Source of the DNA: Eledone cirrhosa
Lineage: Eukaryota
Direction of reading: 5' to 3'
DNA length: 64,000 nt
Assembly (NCBI GenBank): GCA_964016885.1
Contig: OZ024740.1
Location: forward strand, 17,174,001-17,238,000
Shown here in pieces: positions 1 through 15,298 of this stretch. How positions within the stretch are numbered: the first letter of the stretch is position 1; the number at the start of each line of letters is the position of its first letter. The position numbers and the translations under genes were made by a program. The notes beneath the pieces were generated by a model. It saw only the letters and a list, made by a program, of their open reading frames with translations. It made no database searches and was not told the origin of the DNA.

Positions 1-3000
1 TTATGACAGTGTGTGTGTCTGTATGACTGTGTTTCTGTGGTTATGACAGTATGTGTGTCTGTATGACTGTGTTTCTGTGGTTATGACAGTATGTGTGTCT
101 GTATGACTGTGTTTGTGTGGTTATGACAGTATGTGTGTCTGTATGACTGTGTTTGTGTGGTTATGACAGTATGTGTGTGTCTGTATGAGTGTTTGTGTGG
201 TTATGACAGTATGTGTGTGTCTGTATGACTGTGTTTGTGTGGTTATGACAGTATGTGTGTCTGTATGACTGTGTTTGTGTGGTTATGACAGTATGTGTGT
301 GTCTGTATGACTGTGTTTGTGTGGTTATGACAGTATGTGTGTCTGTATGACTGTGTTTGTGTGGTTATGACAGTATGTGTGTCTGTATGACTGTGTTTGT
401 GTGGTTATGACAGTATGTGTGTGTCTGTATGACTGATTGTGTGGTTATGACAGTATGTGTGTGTCTGTCTGACTGTGTGTGTGGTTATGACAGTATGTGT
501 GTGTCTGTATGACTGTGTGGTTATGACAGTATGTGTGTGTCTGCATGACTGTTTGTGTGGTTATGACAGTATGTGTGTGTCTGTATGACTGTGTTTGTGT
601 GGTTATGACAGTATGTGTGTGTCTGTATGACTGTTTGTGTGGTTATGACAGTATGTGTGTGTCTGCATGACTGTTTGTGTGGTTATGACAGTATGTGTGT
701 GTCTGTATGACTTTGTGTGGTTATGACAGTATGTGTGTCTGTATGACTGTTTGTGTGCTTATGACAGTATGTGTGTGTCTGTATGACTGTGTTTGTGTGG
801 TTATGACAGTATGTGTGTGTCTGTATGACTGTGTTTGTGTGGTTATGACAGTATGTATGTGTCTGTATGACTGTGTTTGTGTGGTTATGACAGTATGTGT
901 GTCTGTATGACTGTTTGTGTGGTTATGACAGTATGTGTGTCTGTATGACTGTTTGTGTGGTTATGACAGTATGTGTGTGTCTGTATGACTGTTTGTGTGG
1001 TTATGACAGTATGTCTGTCTGTATAACTGTGTTTGTGTGGTTATGACAGTATGTGGGTGTCTGTATGACTGTGTTTGTGTGGTTATGACAGTATGTGTGT
1101 GTCTGTATGACTGTTTGTGTGGTTATGACAGTATGTGTGTGGCTGTATGACTGTGTTTGTGTGGTTATGACAGTATGTGTGTCTGTATGACTGTTTGTGT
1201 GATTATGACAGTATGTGTGTCTGTATGACTGTGTTTGTGTGGTTATGACAGTATGTGTGTGTCTGCATGACTGTTTGTGTGGTTATGACAGTATGTGTGT
1301 CTGTGTTTGTGTGGTTATGACAGTATGTGTGTGTCTGTATGACTGTTTGTGTGGTTATGACAGTATGTGTGTCTGTGTTTGTGTGGTTATGACAGTATGT
1401 GTGTGTCTGTATGACTGTTTGTGTGCTTATGACAGTATGTGTGTGTCTGTATGACTGTGTTTGTGTGGTTATGACAGTATGTGTGTGTCTGTATGACTGT
1501 TTGTGTGCTTTTGACAGTATGTGTGTCTGTATGACTGTGTTTGTGTGGTTATGACAGTATGTGTGTGTCTGTATAACTGTGTTTGTGTGGTTATGACAGT
1601 ATGTGTGTGTCTGTATGACTGTGTTTGTGTGGTTATGACAGTATGTGTGTCTGTATGACTGTTTGTGTGGTTATGACAGTATGTGTGTCTGTATGACTGT
1701 TTGTGTGCTTATGACAGTATGTGTGTGTCTGTATGACTGTGTTTGTGTGGTTATGACAGTATGTGTGTGTCTGTATGACTGTGTTTGTGTGGTTATGACA
1801 GTATGTGTGTGTCTGTATGACTGTGTTTGTGTGGTTATGACAGTATGTGTGTCTGTATGACTGTTTGTGTGGTTATGACAGTATGTGTGTCTGTATGACT
1901 GTTTGTGTGGTTATGACAGTATGTGTGTGTCTGTATGACTGTTTGTGTGGTTATGACAGTATGTGTGTCTGTGTTTGTGTGGTTATGACAGTATGTGTGT
2001 GTCTGTATGACTGTTTGTGTGCTTATGACAGTATGTGTGTGTCTGTATGACTGTTTGTGTGCTTTTGACAGTATGTGTGTCTGTATGACTGTGTTTGTGT
2101 GGTTATGACAGTATGTGTGTCTGTATGACTGTGTTCGTGTGGTTATGACAGTATGTGTGTCTGTATGACTGTGTTTGTGTGGTTATGACAGTGTGTGTCT
2201 GTATGACTGTTTGTGTGGTTATGACAGTATGTGTGTGTCTGTATGAGTGTTTGTGTGGTTATGACAGTATGTGTGTCTGTATGACTGTTTGTGTGGTTAT
2301 GACAGTATGTGTGTGTCTGTATGACTGTGTTCGTGTGGTTATGACAGTATGTGTGTGTCTGTATAACTGTGTTTGTGTGGTTATGACAGTATGTGTGTCT
2401 GTGTTTGTGTGGTTATGACAGTATGTGTGTGTCTGTATGACTGTTTGTGTGCTTATGACAGTATGTGTGTGTCTGTATGACTGTTTGTGTGCTTTTGACA
2501 GTATGTGTGTCTGTATGACTGTGTTTGTGTGGTTATGACAGTATGTGTGTCTGTATGACTGTGTTCGTGTGGTTATGACAGTATGTGTGTCTGTATGACT
2601 GTGTTTGTGTGGTTATGACAGTGTGTGTCTGTATGACTGTTTGTGTGGTTATGACAGTATGTGTGTGTCTGTATGACTGTTTGTGTGGTTATGACAGTAT
2701 GTGTGTCTGTATGACTGTTTGTGTGGTTATGACAGTATGTGTGTCTGTATGACTGTTTGTGTGGTTATGACAGTATGTGTGTGTCTGTATGACTGTTTGT
2801 GTGGTTATGACAGTATGTTTGTCTGTATGACTGTTTGTGTGGTTATGACAGTATGTGTGTGTCTGTATGAGTGTTTGTGTGGTTATGACAGTATGTGTGT
2901 GTCTGTATGACTGTGTTTGTGTGGTTATGACAGTATGTGTGTGGCTGTATGACTGTGTTTGTGTGGTTATGACAGTATGTGTGTCTGTATAACTGTGTTT

Positions 3001-6000
3001 GTGTGGTTATGACAGTATGTGGGTGTCTGTATGACTGTGTTTGTGTGGTTATGACAGTATGTGTGTGGCTCTATGACTGTGTTTGTGTGGTTATGACAGT
3101 GTGTGTCTGTATGACTGTTTGTGTGGTTATGACAGTATGTGTGTCTGTATGACTGTTTGTGTGATTATGACAGTATGTGTGTCTGTATGACTGTGTTTGT
3201 GTGGTTATGACAGTATGTGTGTGTCTGCATGACTGTTTGTGTGGTTATGACAGTATGTGTGTCTGTGTTTGTGTGGTTATGACAGTATGTGTGTGTCTGT
3301 ATGACTGTTTGTGTGGTTATGACAGTATGTGTGTCTGTATGACTGTTTGTGTGGTTATGACAGTATGTGTGTCTGTATGAGTGTTTGTGTGGTTATGACA
3401 GTATGTGTGTGTCTGTATGACTGTGTTTGTGTGGTTATGACAGTATGTGTGTGTCTGTATGACTGTTTGTGTGGTTATGACAGTATGTGTGTCTGTATGA
3501 CTGTTTGTGTGGTTATGACAGTATGTGTGTGTCTGTATGACTGTGTTTGTGTTGTTATGACAGTATGTGTGTGTCTGTATGACTGTGTTTGTGTGGTTAT
3601 GACAGTATGTGTGTGTCTGTATGACTGTGTTTGTGTGGTTATGACAGTGTGTGTCTGTATGACTGTTTGTGTGGTTATGACAGTATCTGTCTGTATGACT
3701 GTGTTTGTGTGGTTATGACAGTATGTGTGTCTGTATGACTGTGTTTGTGTGGTTATGACAGTATGTGTGTCTGTATGACTGTTTGTGTGGTTATGACAGT
3801 ATGTGTGTGTCTGTATGACTGTGTTTGTGTGGTTATGACAGTATGTGTGTGTCTGTATAACCGTGTTTGTGTGGTTATGACAGTCATACAGACACACACA
3901 TGCTGTCATAACCACACAAACAGTCATACAGTCACACATACTGTCATAACCACACAAACACAGTCATAGACACACACATACTGTCATAACCAGACAAACA
4001 CAGTCATACAGACACACACATATTGTCATAACCACACAAACACAGTCATACAGCCACACATACTGTCATAACCACACAAACAGACACACATACTGTCATA
4101 ACCACACAAACACACAGTCATACAGACACACACATACTGTCATAACCACACAAACAGTCATACAGACACACATACTGTCATAACCACACAAACACAGTCA
4201 TACAGCCACACACATACTGTCATAACCACACAAACACAGTCATAGACACACACATACTGTCATAACCACACAAACACAGTCATACAGACACACATACTGT
4301 CATAACCACACAAACAGTCATAGACACACACATACTGTCATTACCACACAAACACAGTCATACAGACACACATACTGTCATTACCACACAAACAGTCATA
4401 GACACACACATACTGTCATAACCACACAAACACAGTCATACAGACACACATACTGTCATAATCACACAAACGCAGTCATACAGCCACACACATACTGTCA
4501 TAACCACACAGTCATACAGACACACATACTGTCATAACCACACAAACAGTCATACAGACACACATACTGTCATAAACACACAAACAGTCATAGACAGACA
4601 CATACTGTCATAACCACACAAACACAGTCATACAGACACACATACTGTCATAACCACACAAACACACACACATACTGTCATAACCACACAAACACAGTCA
4701 TACAGACACACACATACTGTCATAACCACACAAACACAGACACACATACTGTCATAACCACACAAACACAGACACACATACTGTCATAACCACACAAACA
4801 CAGACACACATACTGTCATAACCACACAAACACACTCATACAGACACACATACTGTCATAACCACACAAACAGTCATACAGACACACACATACTGTCATA
4901 ACCACACAAACACACTCATACAGACACACATACTGTCATAACCACACAAACAGTCATACAGACACACACATACTGTCATAACCACACAAACAGACACACA
5001 TACTGTCATAACCACACAAACACAGTCATACAGACACACACACACTGTCATAACCACACAAACACAGTCATACAGACACACATACTGTCATAACCACACA
5101 AACACAGTCATACAGACACACATACTGTCATAACCACACAAACACAGTCATACAGACACACACATACTGTCATAACCACACAAACAGTCATACAGACACA
5201 CACATACTGTCATAACCACAGAAACACAGTCATACAGACACACACATACTGTCATAACCACACAAACACAGTCATACAGACACACACATACTGTCATAAC
5301 CACACAAACACAGACACACATAATGTCATAACCACACAAACACAGACACACATACTGTCATAACCACACAAACACAGACACACACACTGTCATAACCACA
5401 CAAACACAGTCATACAGACACACACATACTGTCATAACCACACAAACAGTCATACAGACACACATACTGTCATAACCACACAAACACAGTCATACAGACA
5501 CACACATACTGTCATAACCACACAAACACAGTTATACAGACACACACATACTGTCATAACCACACAAACAGTCATACAGACACACATACTGTCATAACCA
5601 CACAAACACAGTCATAAAGACACACACACACTGTCATAACCACACAAACACAGTCATACAGACACACATACTGTCATAACCACACAAACACAGTCATACA
5701 GACACACACATACTGTCATAACCACACAAACACAGTCATACAGACACACATACTGTCATAACCACACAAACAGTCATACAGACACACATACTGTCATAAC
5801 CACACAAACACAGTCATACAGACACACATACTGTCATAACCACACAAACAGTCATACAGACACACACATACTGTCATAACCACACAAACACAGTCATACA
5901 GACACACATACTGTCATAACCACACAAACACAGTCATACAGACACACACATACTGTCATAACCACACAAACACAGTCATACAAACAGACATACTGTCATA

Positions 6001-9000
6001 CAGACACACACGTACTGTCATAACCACACAAACAGTCATACAGACACACACATACTGTCATAACCACACAAACAGTCATACAGACACACACATACTGTCA
6101 TAACCACACAAACAGTCATACAGACACACACACTGTCATAACCACACAAACAGTCATACAGACACACACACACTGTCATAACCACACAAACACAGTCATA
6201 CAGACACACACGTACTGTCATAACCACACAAACAGTCATAAAGACACACACACTGTCATAACCACACATACAGTCATACAAACACACACATACTGTCATA
6301 ACCACACAAACACAGTCATCAGACACACACATACTGTCATAACCAGACAAACAGTCATACACACACACACATACTGTCATAACCACACACACAGTCATAC
6401 AGACACACACATACTGTCATAACCACACAAACAGTCATACAGACACACACATACTGTCATAACAACACAAACACAGTCATACAGACACACACACTGTCAT
6501 AACCACACAAACACAGTCATACAGACACACATAGTCATAACCACACAAACACAGTCATACAGCCACACACATACTGTCATAACCACACAAACACAGTCAC
6601 ACAGACACACATACTGTCATAACCACACAAACACAGTCATACAGACACACACATACTGTCATAACCACACAAACACAGTCACACAGACACACATACTGTC
6701 ATAACCACACAAACACAGTTATACAGACACACATACTGTCATAACCACACAAACACAGCCATACAGATACACACACTGTCATAACCACACAGTCATATAG
6801 ACACACACATACTGTCATAACCACACAAACACAGTCATACAGACACACATACTGTCATAACAACACAAACACAGTTATACAGACACACATACTGTCATAA
6901 CCACACAAACACAGTCATACAGACACACATACTGTCATAACCACACAAACACTGTCATACAGACACACATACTGTCATAAGCACACAAACACTCATACAA
7001 ACACACATACTGTCATAACCACACAAACACAGTTATACAGACACACACATACTGTCATAACCACACGAACACAGTCATACAGACACACATACTGTCATAA
7101 CCACACAAACACAGTCATACAGCCACACACATACTGTCATAACCACACAAACACAGTCATACAGACACACATACTGTCATAACAACACAAACACAGTCAT
7201 ACAGACACACATACTGTCATAACCACACAGTCATACAGACACACATACTGTCATAACCACACAGTCATACAGACACACATACTGTCATAACCACACAAAC
7301 ACAGTCATACGGACACACATACTGTCATAACCACACAAACAGAGTTATACAGACACACACATACTGTCATAACCACACAGTCATACAGACACACATACTG
7401 TCATAACCACACAAACAGTCATACAGACACACACATACTGTCATAACCACACAAACAGTCATACAGACACACACATACTGTCATAACCACACAAACACAG
7501 TTATACAGACACACACATACTGTCATAACCACACGAACACAGTCATACAGACACACATACTGTCATAACCACACAAACACAGTCATACAGCCACACACAT
7601 ACTGTCATAACCACACAAACACAGTCATACAGACACACATACTGTCATAACAACACAAACACAGTCATACAGACACACATACTGTCATAACCACACAGTC
7701 ATACAGACACACATACTGTCATAACCACACAGTCATACAGACACACATACTGTCATAACCACACAGTCATACAGACACACATACTGTCATAACCACACAA
7801 ACACAGTCATACGGACACACATACTGTCATAACCACACAGAGTTATACAGACACACACATACTGTCATAACCACACAGTCATACAGACACACATACTGTC
7901 ATAACCACACAAACAGTCATACAGACACACACATACTGTCATAACCACACAAACAGTCATACAGACACACACATACTGTCATAACCACACAAACACAGTC
8001 ATACAGACACACATACTGTCATAACCACACAAACACAGTCATACAGACACACATGCTGTCATAACCACACAAACACAGTCATAGACACACACATACTGTC
8101 ATAACCACACAAACACAGTCATACAGACACACATACTGTCATAACAACACAAACACAGTCATACAGACACACATACTGTCATAACCACACAGTCATACAG
8201 ACACACATACTGTCATAACCACACAGTCATACAGACACACATACTGTCATAACCACACAGTCATACAGACACACATACTGTCATAACCACACAAACACAG
8301 TCATACGGACACACATACTGTCATAACCACACAGAGTTATACAGACACACACATACTGTCATAACCACACAGTCATACAGACACACATACTGTCATAACC
8401 ACACAAACAGTCATACAGACACACACATACTGTCATAACCACACAAACAGTCATACAGACACACACATACTGTCATAACCACACAAACACAGTCATACAG
8501 ACACACATACTGTCATAACCACACAAACACAGTCATACAGACACACACATGCTGTCATAACCACACAAACACAGTCATAGACACACACATACTGTCATAA
8601 CCACACAAACACAGTCATACAGACACACATACTGTGGTTATGACGGTATGTGTGTGTCTGTATAACTGTGTTTGTGTTGTTATGACAGTATGTGTGTCTG
8701 TATGACTGTGTTTGTGTCGTTATGACAGTATGTGTGTGTCTATATGACTGTTTGTGTGGTTATGACAGTATGTGTGTCTGTATGACTGTGTTTGTGTGGT
8801 TATGACAGTATGTGTGTGTCTGTATGACTGTGTTTGTGTGGTTATGACAGTATGTGTGTCTGTATGACCGTTTGTGTGGTTATGACAGTATGTGTGTGTC
8901 TGTATGACTGTGTTTATGTGGTTATGACAGTATGTGTGTCTGTATGACTGTGTTTGTGTGGTTATGACAGTATGTGTGTGTCTGTATGACTGTGTTTGTG

Positions 9001-12000
9001 TGGTTATGACAGTGTGTGTGTGTCTGTATGACTGTGTTTGTGTGGTTATGACAGTATGTGTGTGTCTGTATGACTGTGTTTGTGTGGTTATGACAGTATG
9101 TGTGTCTGTATCACTGTGTTTGTGTGGTTATGACTGTTTGTGTGTGTCTGTATGACTGATTTTGTATTGTTATGACAGTATGTGTGTCTGTATGACTGTG
9201 TTTCTGTGGTTATGACAGTATGTGTGTCTGTATGACTGTGTTTCTGTGGTTATGACAGTATGTGTGTCTGTATGACTGTGTTTGTGTGGTTATGACAGTA
9301 TGTGTGTCTGTATGACTGTGTTTGTGTGGTTATGACAGTATGTGTGTGTCTGTATGAGTGTTTGTGTGGCTATGACAGTATGTGTGTGTCTGTATGACTG
9401 TGTTTGTGTGGTTATGACAGTATGTGGGTGTCTGTATGAGTGTTTGTGTGGTTATGACAGTATGTGTGTCTGTATGACTGTGTTTGTGTGGTTATGACAG
9501 TATGTGTGTGTCTGTATGACTGTGTTTGTGTGGTTATGACAGTATGTGTGTGTCTATGACTGTGTTTGTGTGGTTATGACAGTATGTGTCTGTATGACTG
9601 TGTTTCTGTGGTTATGACAGTATGTGTGTGTCTGTATGACTGTGTTTGTGTGTGTCTGACTGTGTATGTGTGGTTATGACAGTATGTGTGTATCTGTATG
9701 AGTGTTTGTGTGGTTATGACAGTATGTGTGTGTCTGTATGACTGTGTTTGTGTGGTTATGACAGTGTGTGTGTCTGTATGACTGTTTCTGTGGTTATGAC
9801 AGTATGTGTGTCTGTATGACTGTGTTTGTGTGGTTATGACAGTATGTGTGTGTCTGTATGACTGTTTGTGTGGTTATGACAGTATGTGTGTGTCTGTATG
9901 ACTGTGTTTGTGTGGTTATGACAGTGTGTGTGTCTGTATGACTGTGTTTCTGTGGTTATGACAGTATGTGTGTCTGTATGACTGTGTTTGTGTGGTTATG
10001 ACAGTATGTGTGTCTGTATGACTGTGTTTCTGTGGTTATGACAGTATGTGTGTCTGTATGACTGTGTTTGTGTGGTTATGACAGTATGTGTGTCTGTATG
10101 ACTGTGTTTGTGTGGTTATGACAGTATGTGTGTGTCTGTATGACTATGTTTGTGTGGTTATGACAGTATGTGTGTCTGTATGACCGTTTGTGTGGTTATG
10201 ACAGTATGTGTGTCTGTATGACTGTTTGTGTGGTTATGACAGTATGTGTGTGTCTGTATGACTGTGTTTCTGTGGTTATAACAGTATGTGTGTGGCTGTA
10301 TGACTGTGTTTATGTGGTTATGACAGTATGTGTGTCTGTATGACTGTTTGTGTGGTTATGACAGTATGTGTGTCTGTATGGCTGTTTGTGTGGTTATGAC
10401 AGTATGTGTGTCTGTGTGACTGTGTTTGTGTGGTTATGACAGTATGTGTGTGTCTGTATGACTGTTTGTGTGGTTATGACAGTATGTGTGGCTGTATGAC
10501 TGTGTTTGTGTGGTTATGACAGTATGTGTGTGTCTGTATGACTGTTTGTGTGGTTATGACAGTATGTGTGTCTGTATGACTGTGTTTGTGTGGTTATGAC
10601 AGTGTGTGTGTCTGTATGACTGTGTTTCTGTGGTTATGACAGTATGTGTGTGTCTGTATGACTGTTTGTGTGGTTATGACAGTATGTGTGTGTCTGTATG
10701 AATGTGTTTGTGTGGTTATGACAGTGTGTGTCTGTATGACTGTGTTTCTGTGGTTATGACAGTATGTGTGTGGCTGTATGACTGTGTTTATGTGGTTATG
10801 ACAGTATGTCTGTCTGTATGACTGTGTTTGTGTGGTTATGACATTATGTGTGTCTGTATGGCTGTGTTTGTGTGGTTATGACAGTATGTGTGTCTGTATG
10901 ACTGTGTTTGTGTGGTTATGACAGTATGTGTGTATCTGTATGACTGTTTGTGTGGTTATGACAGTATGTGTGTCTGTATGACTGTTTGTGTGGTTATGAC
11001 AGTATGTGTGTCTGTATGACTGTTTGTGTGGTTATGACAGTGTGTGTGTCTGTATGGCTGTGTTTGTGTGGTTATGACAGTATGTGTGGCTGTATGACTG
11101 TGTTTGTGTGGTTATGACAGCATGTGTGTCTGTATGACTGTTTGTGTGGTTATGACAGCATGTGTGTCTGTATGACTGTTTGTGTGGTTATGACAGCATG
11201 TGTGTCTGTATGACTGTTTGTGTGGTTATGACAGCATGTGTGTCTGTATGACTGTTTGTGTGGTTATGACAGTATGTGTGTCTGTATGACTGTTTGTGTG
11301 TTTATGACAGTATGTGTGTGGCTGTATGACTGTGTTTATGTGGTTATGACAGTATGTGTGTCTGTATGACTGTGTTTGTGTGGTTATGACAGTATGTGTG
11401 GCTGTATGACTGTGTTTGTGTGGTTATGACAGTATGTGTGTCTGTATAACTGTGTTTGTGTGGTTATGACAGTATGTGTGTCTGTATAACTGTGTTTGTG
11501 TGGTTATGACAGTATGTGTGTGTCTGTATGACTGTTTGTGTGGTTATGACAGTATGTGTGTCTGTATGACTGTTTGTGTGGTTATGACAGTATGTGTGTG
11601 TCTGTATGACTGTGCGTGTGTGGTTATGACAGTATGTGTGTGTCTGTATGACTGTTTGTGTGGTTATGACAGTATGTGTGTGTCTGTATGACTGTGTTCG
11701 TGTGGTTATGACAGTATGTGTGTCTGTATGACTGTGTGTTTGTGTGGTTATGACAGTATGTGTGTGTCTGTATGACTGTGTTTGTGTGGTTATGACAGTG
11801 TGTGTCTGTATGACTGTGTTTGTGTGGTTATGACAGTATGTGTGTGTCTGTATGAGTGTTTGTGTGGTTATGACAGTATGTGTGTCTGTATGACTGTGTT
11901 TGTGTGGTTATGACAGTATGTGTGTGTCTGTATGACTGTGTTTGTGTGGTTATGACAGTATGTGTGTGTCTGTATGACTGTGTTTGTGTGGTTATGACAG

Positions 12001-12145
12001 TATGTGTGTGTCTGTATGACTGTTTGTGTGGTTATGACAGTATGTGGGTGTCTGTATGACTGTGTTTGTGTGGTTATGACAGTATGTGTGACTGTATGAC
12101 TGTTTGTGTGGTTATGACAGTGTGTGTGTCTGTATGACTGTTTGA
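1..12145. repeat. Satellite/minisatellite array 1, ~36-42 bp unit TTATGACAGTATGTGT(GT)nCTGTATGACTG(TG)TTTGTGTGG; runs off the left edge; segment ~3880-8635 is in inverted orientation
   Basis: Unit read directly; GT-rich strand switches to CA-rich at ~3882 and back at ~8635; length varies in the GT runs. Confidence 0.98.
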
Positions 12146-12179
12146 TTAACTGTATGTGTAGTATGGATAATAATTACTC

Positions 12180-12585
12180 ACTGGTGATGGTGGTGGTTGT
12201 GGTGGCATGGATGGTGGTTGTGGTGTTGGTTGTGGTGGTGGTGATATAGATGGTGGTGGTCGTTGTGGTGGTGGTGGTGGTGGTGGTTGTTGTGGTTTTA
12301 TTGTTGGTGATGGTAGTGATGGTATGGATGGTGTGAACAAATCTGATAGCAACAGGGGGAATGGGGGATGGTTTTAAAAGATGGTGAGGATAATCTCAGA
12401 TTTTGACCTCATTTCACTATTGATGAACAGATTATCCTGATTAATAGTATTGGATGTTGCTAGTACAGTTAATTAATAGTGGTAGTGGTGGTGGTAGTAT
12501 TAGTGGTGGTGGTGGTGGTAGTAGTAGTCGTCATGGTAGTAGTGGTGGTGGTGGTGGTGGTAGTAGTGGTGGTAGTGGTAGTAGT
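12180..12585. repeat. (GGT)n/(AGT)n trinucleotide low-complexity tracts
   Basis: Direct reading; source of the Pro-rich and Gly/Ser-rich ORFs. Confidence 0.9.
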
Positions 12586-12893
12586 AAACATACCAGCATC
12601 ATTGTCTTCATCGCTTCCTCAATATATCTAGTCTCTGCTGAAAACTATTTCCAATAATTTTAATTAACCTCCCCACCCACCCTAGTAGTACTTCAGGTCA
12701 TATACTATGGTTGATTTAATCGACTGCCTCTCCCCCCAAATTGCTGGCCTTGTGCTTAAATCAGCCACAATTATTCAATCATTACAATATTTTATTATTG
12801 GTATCTTCAGTTAAAGTCTGATCAAATTACTATTGGTTCCAATTATTATCCAACCCTCATCACGGTTGGTCTGATCAATTTTGTTTTTCATAA

Positions 12894-13123
12894 CCCTTTA
12901 GCATTTAAACCGGCCATATCCGGCCAGAATTCTCTCACCTCTTTCTGTTCAAACCGGCTGTAACCAGCCGCTCATATTGATGTTAAAGTATTGTTCTCAA
13001 AATAAATAATATCAAAATCTCATAGATTCGATATTATGTGAGATAATTATGAGATAATTATGAGATAAAGCCTTTACCATGAAAATATAATAGTAAATAT
13101 AGAGTTATATAAATGGTAAAGGG
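12894..13123. mobile_element. piggyBac-like MITE, family P1
   Basis: (A)TAA|CCCTTTAGCATTT ... AAATGGTAAAGGG|TTAA; homologous to 16008-16210 and 39075-39282. Confidence 0.8.
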
Positions 13124-13381
13124 TTAAAGTATTAGAAATTCTTAAAACGTAATGTTAGAAAGTTGCCCAGAATGAAAAGTTTGCTCGTAAGTTATAAAGA
13201 ATTCTATGTATTATTATGTCTTGTCTGTAGGACGCTGCCCCCACACCACTGCACCCTAGGCCAAGAGCCCCTCCCCATTCTACTGAGACCCTACAGACCT
13301 TGCCTTTCCCTTCCTTTTCCATTTTCATAACCACAAAAGACACTTGCATATTTTACAATGTTTATTATTAAGTACATAACA

Positions 13382-13600
13382 AGGGTGGTGGATTGGCAGT
13401 ATCGGTAGAGGGTCGGACGCCATGCTTTTCAGCATAGAGTTACGGCCCTTTATGATCTGAGTTCAAATCCCGCCGAGATTAACTTGGCCTTTCATCCTTA
13501 TGGGGTTGATAAAATAAAGTACCAGTCACGCACTGGGGTCAATTTAATCGACTTTCCCCTATCCCAAAATTGCTGGCCTTGTGCCTATATAAGAAACCAT
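13382..13600 (+). mobile_element. tRNA-derived SINE family A, full length, with target-site duplication
   Basis: A-box-like TGGCAGTATCGG, B box GAGTTCAAATCC, central GCCTTTCATCCTT..GGGGT(C/T)GATAAAATAAAGTACCAG (resembles Nin/Deu-type SINE domain, from memory); flanks ATTATTAAGTACATAACA (13364-13381) and ATTATTAGGTACATAACA (13599-13616). Confidence 0.9.
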
Positions 13601-14459
13601 TATTAGGTACATAACATGTATTTTTAAATGGTGCTGCCCTAGCATGGCCTCAGACTCTCAGCTGGAACATGAAATAGAGTACACAAAAATTACATTTAGA
13701 TTGGTTTTAATGTTATATAGAATATTTAATAAAATATTTACTTTAATGAATTAAAATGTTAAAGTATTAAACAACCCCCCCCCCCCAACCCACCCAAACA
13801 AAAAACACACAAAACAATTACATGCAGTCTTGGAACTTAGCATAATCTTCTACTTGTAACTCTAGCAGGCAACCCCACCCCACACTCTCCCAAGATGTCA
13901 CATCATGCATCGTTGAACAATCTATATGTATCTAAGAATTAGGTTTACTACAAGTATGAGCTGGTGTTTTCTGTCACGCCAACCTAATCTGTATGTCATG
14001 TCTACCACACTATAGCTTGGTATGTCTCTGAGAGATGGAGTGAGTGAGTGAGAGGGAGAGATAGAGTGAGTGAGTGAGAGAGAGAGATGGATGGAGTGAG
14101 TGAGAGAGAGTGAGTGGGGCGAGAAGAGGAAAGGTGTGATGTCTGGTCTGAATGAGTATCATCCACCAGCAACTAACTTACTCTCAGTCTCTGGGTCCCA
14201 GCTGACAGGATGGAGGAAACATTGCTCCCCCAGGGGTGGTGATTAGGGATGTGATGTGGGGGTGAAGAATACTGTAAGTCTCCACTGCTACAGGCTTTAC
14301 TACAAATATCACTGCAGTGTGTTTCATACCTCCAGCTGGCCCTTGGATGTCTTAGCAGATTTTATTCTGATTTAAGGACACCTTTCTCACTCCCAATAAA
14401 CTGAGATACCCTGAGAAGGGTCATGGGTAATACCTCCTCCATCTGACTAAACTCTAAAC

Positions 14460-14775
14460 CAGGGTTTCCTAAACCTTTTTCAAACGTGGAACCCTTTTTG
14501 GTTCAGAAACTTTTAGGGGAACCCCAAAATCTAATACTGTTATATGGTCGTAATATAAAGATATCCCTCTACCATGATAGGACTGGGGTCCCTATCATTA
14601 AATCACCCAAGACACCTCCAACGAGATATACCTTGGAGGGGGCCAGCTAAACCTACATAGGGGTGAGCTGTAACATACAAAGTCTAATACTGTTATATAG
14701 TTGTAATATAAATATACTCCTCTACCTTTTGTTACGGAACCACAGACACTGTTTTGTGGAACCCACCGCTGTAAA
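14460..14775 (+). mobile_element. Degenerate hAT(Charlie)-like non-autonomous element
   Basis: Begins CAGGGTTTCCTAAACCTTTTT after CTCTAAAC (NTCTAGAN-like target); inverted homologue at 26392-26470; right end eroded. Confidence 0.45.
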
Positions 14776-15298
14776 CACATACACGTGTGTGTGTGTATGA
14801 ACACCACGTGTGTGTATATGAAGACCACACAACATCCCATTTTGATGAAATTGCCATGGAAAATATTTGCTATTTTCCAGTGTTTCACTTATGTCCTTCA
14901 TGCCAACACTGTAGAATCACAAGAGAGAGAGGTGATTAAATTAACATATTCCATCTATAAGAATCTCCATTATTTATTTCCTAATTACTATTTACCATGG
15001 AAAATGCTGTTTCATGTTTTTTGGACAATTTTGGTGAATTCCTTTCTCTCCACTGAACATTTTCTTAAACTTTCAATAGACCTTCATCTTAGAAATCTTG
15101 GAAGATCAGTAAAATCTATAATATTGGTCTGTCTTAGAATCTAATTACAAAGCTATCTGCTTAATCAAGGTGCATTTAGTTTTTGGTTTTATTCTGTATA
15201 TATATATTTTTTATTTTGATTTATTATTAATTTGATTTCTTCCTTGGAAGACATAATTTATTCTGCAAATTGCAAAGTTATTGGGACAGGATTTCTAT

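Noticed and set aside
695-11691. Cys/Val-rich ORFs in array 1
   Set aside because: Translations of a GT-rich satellite; frame broken constantly by 2-bp slippage.
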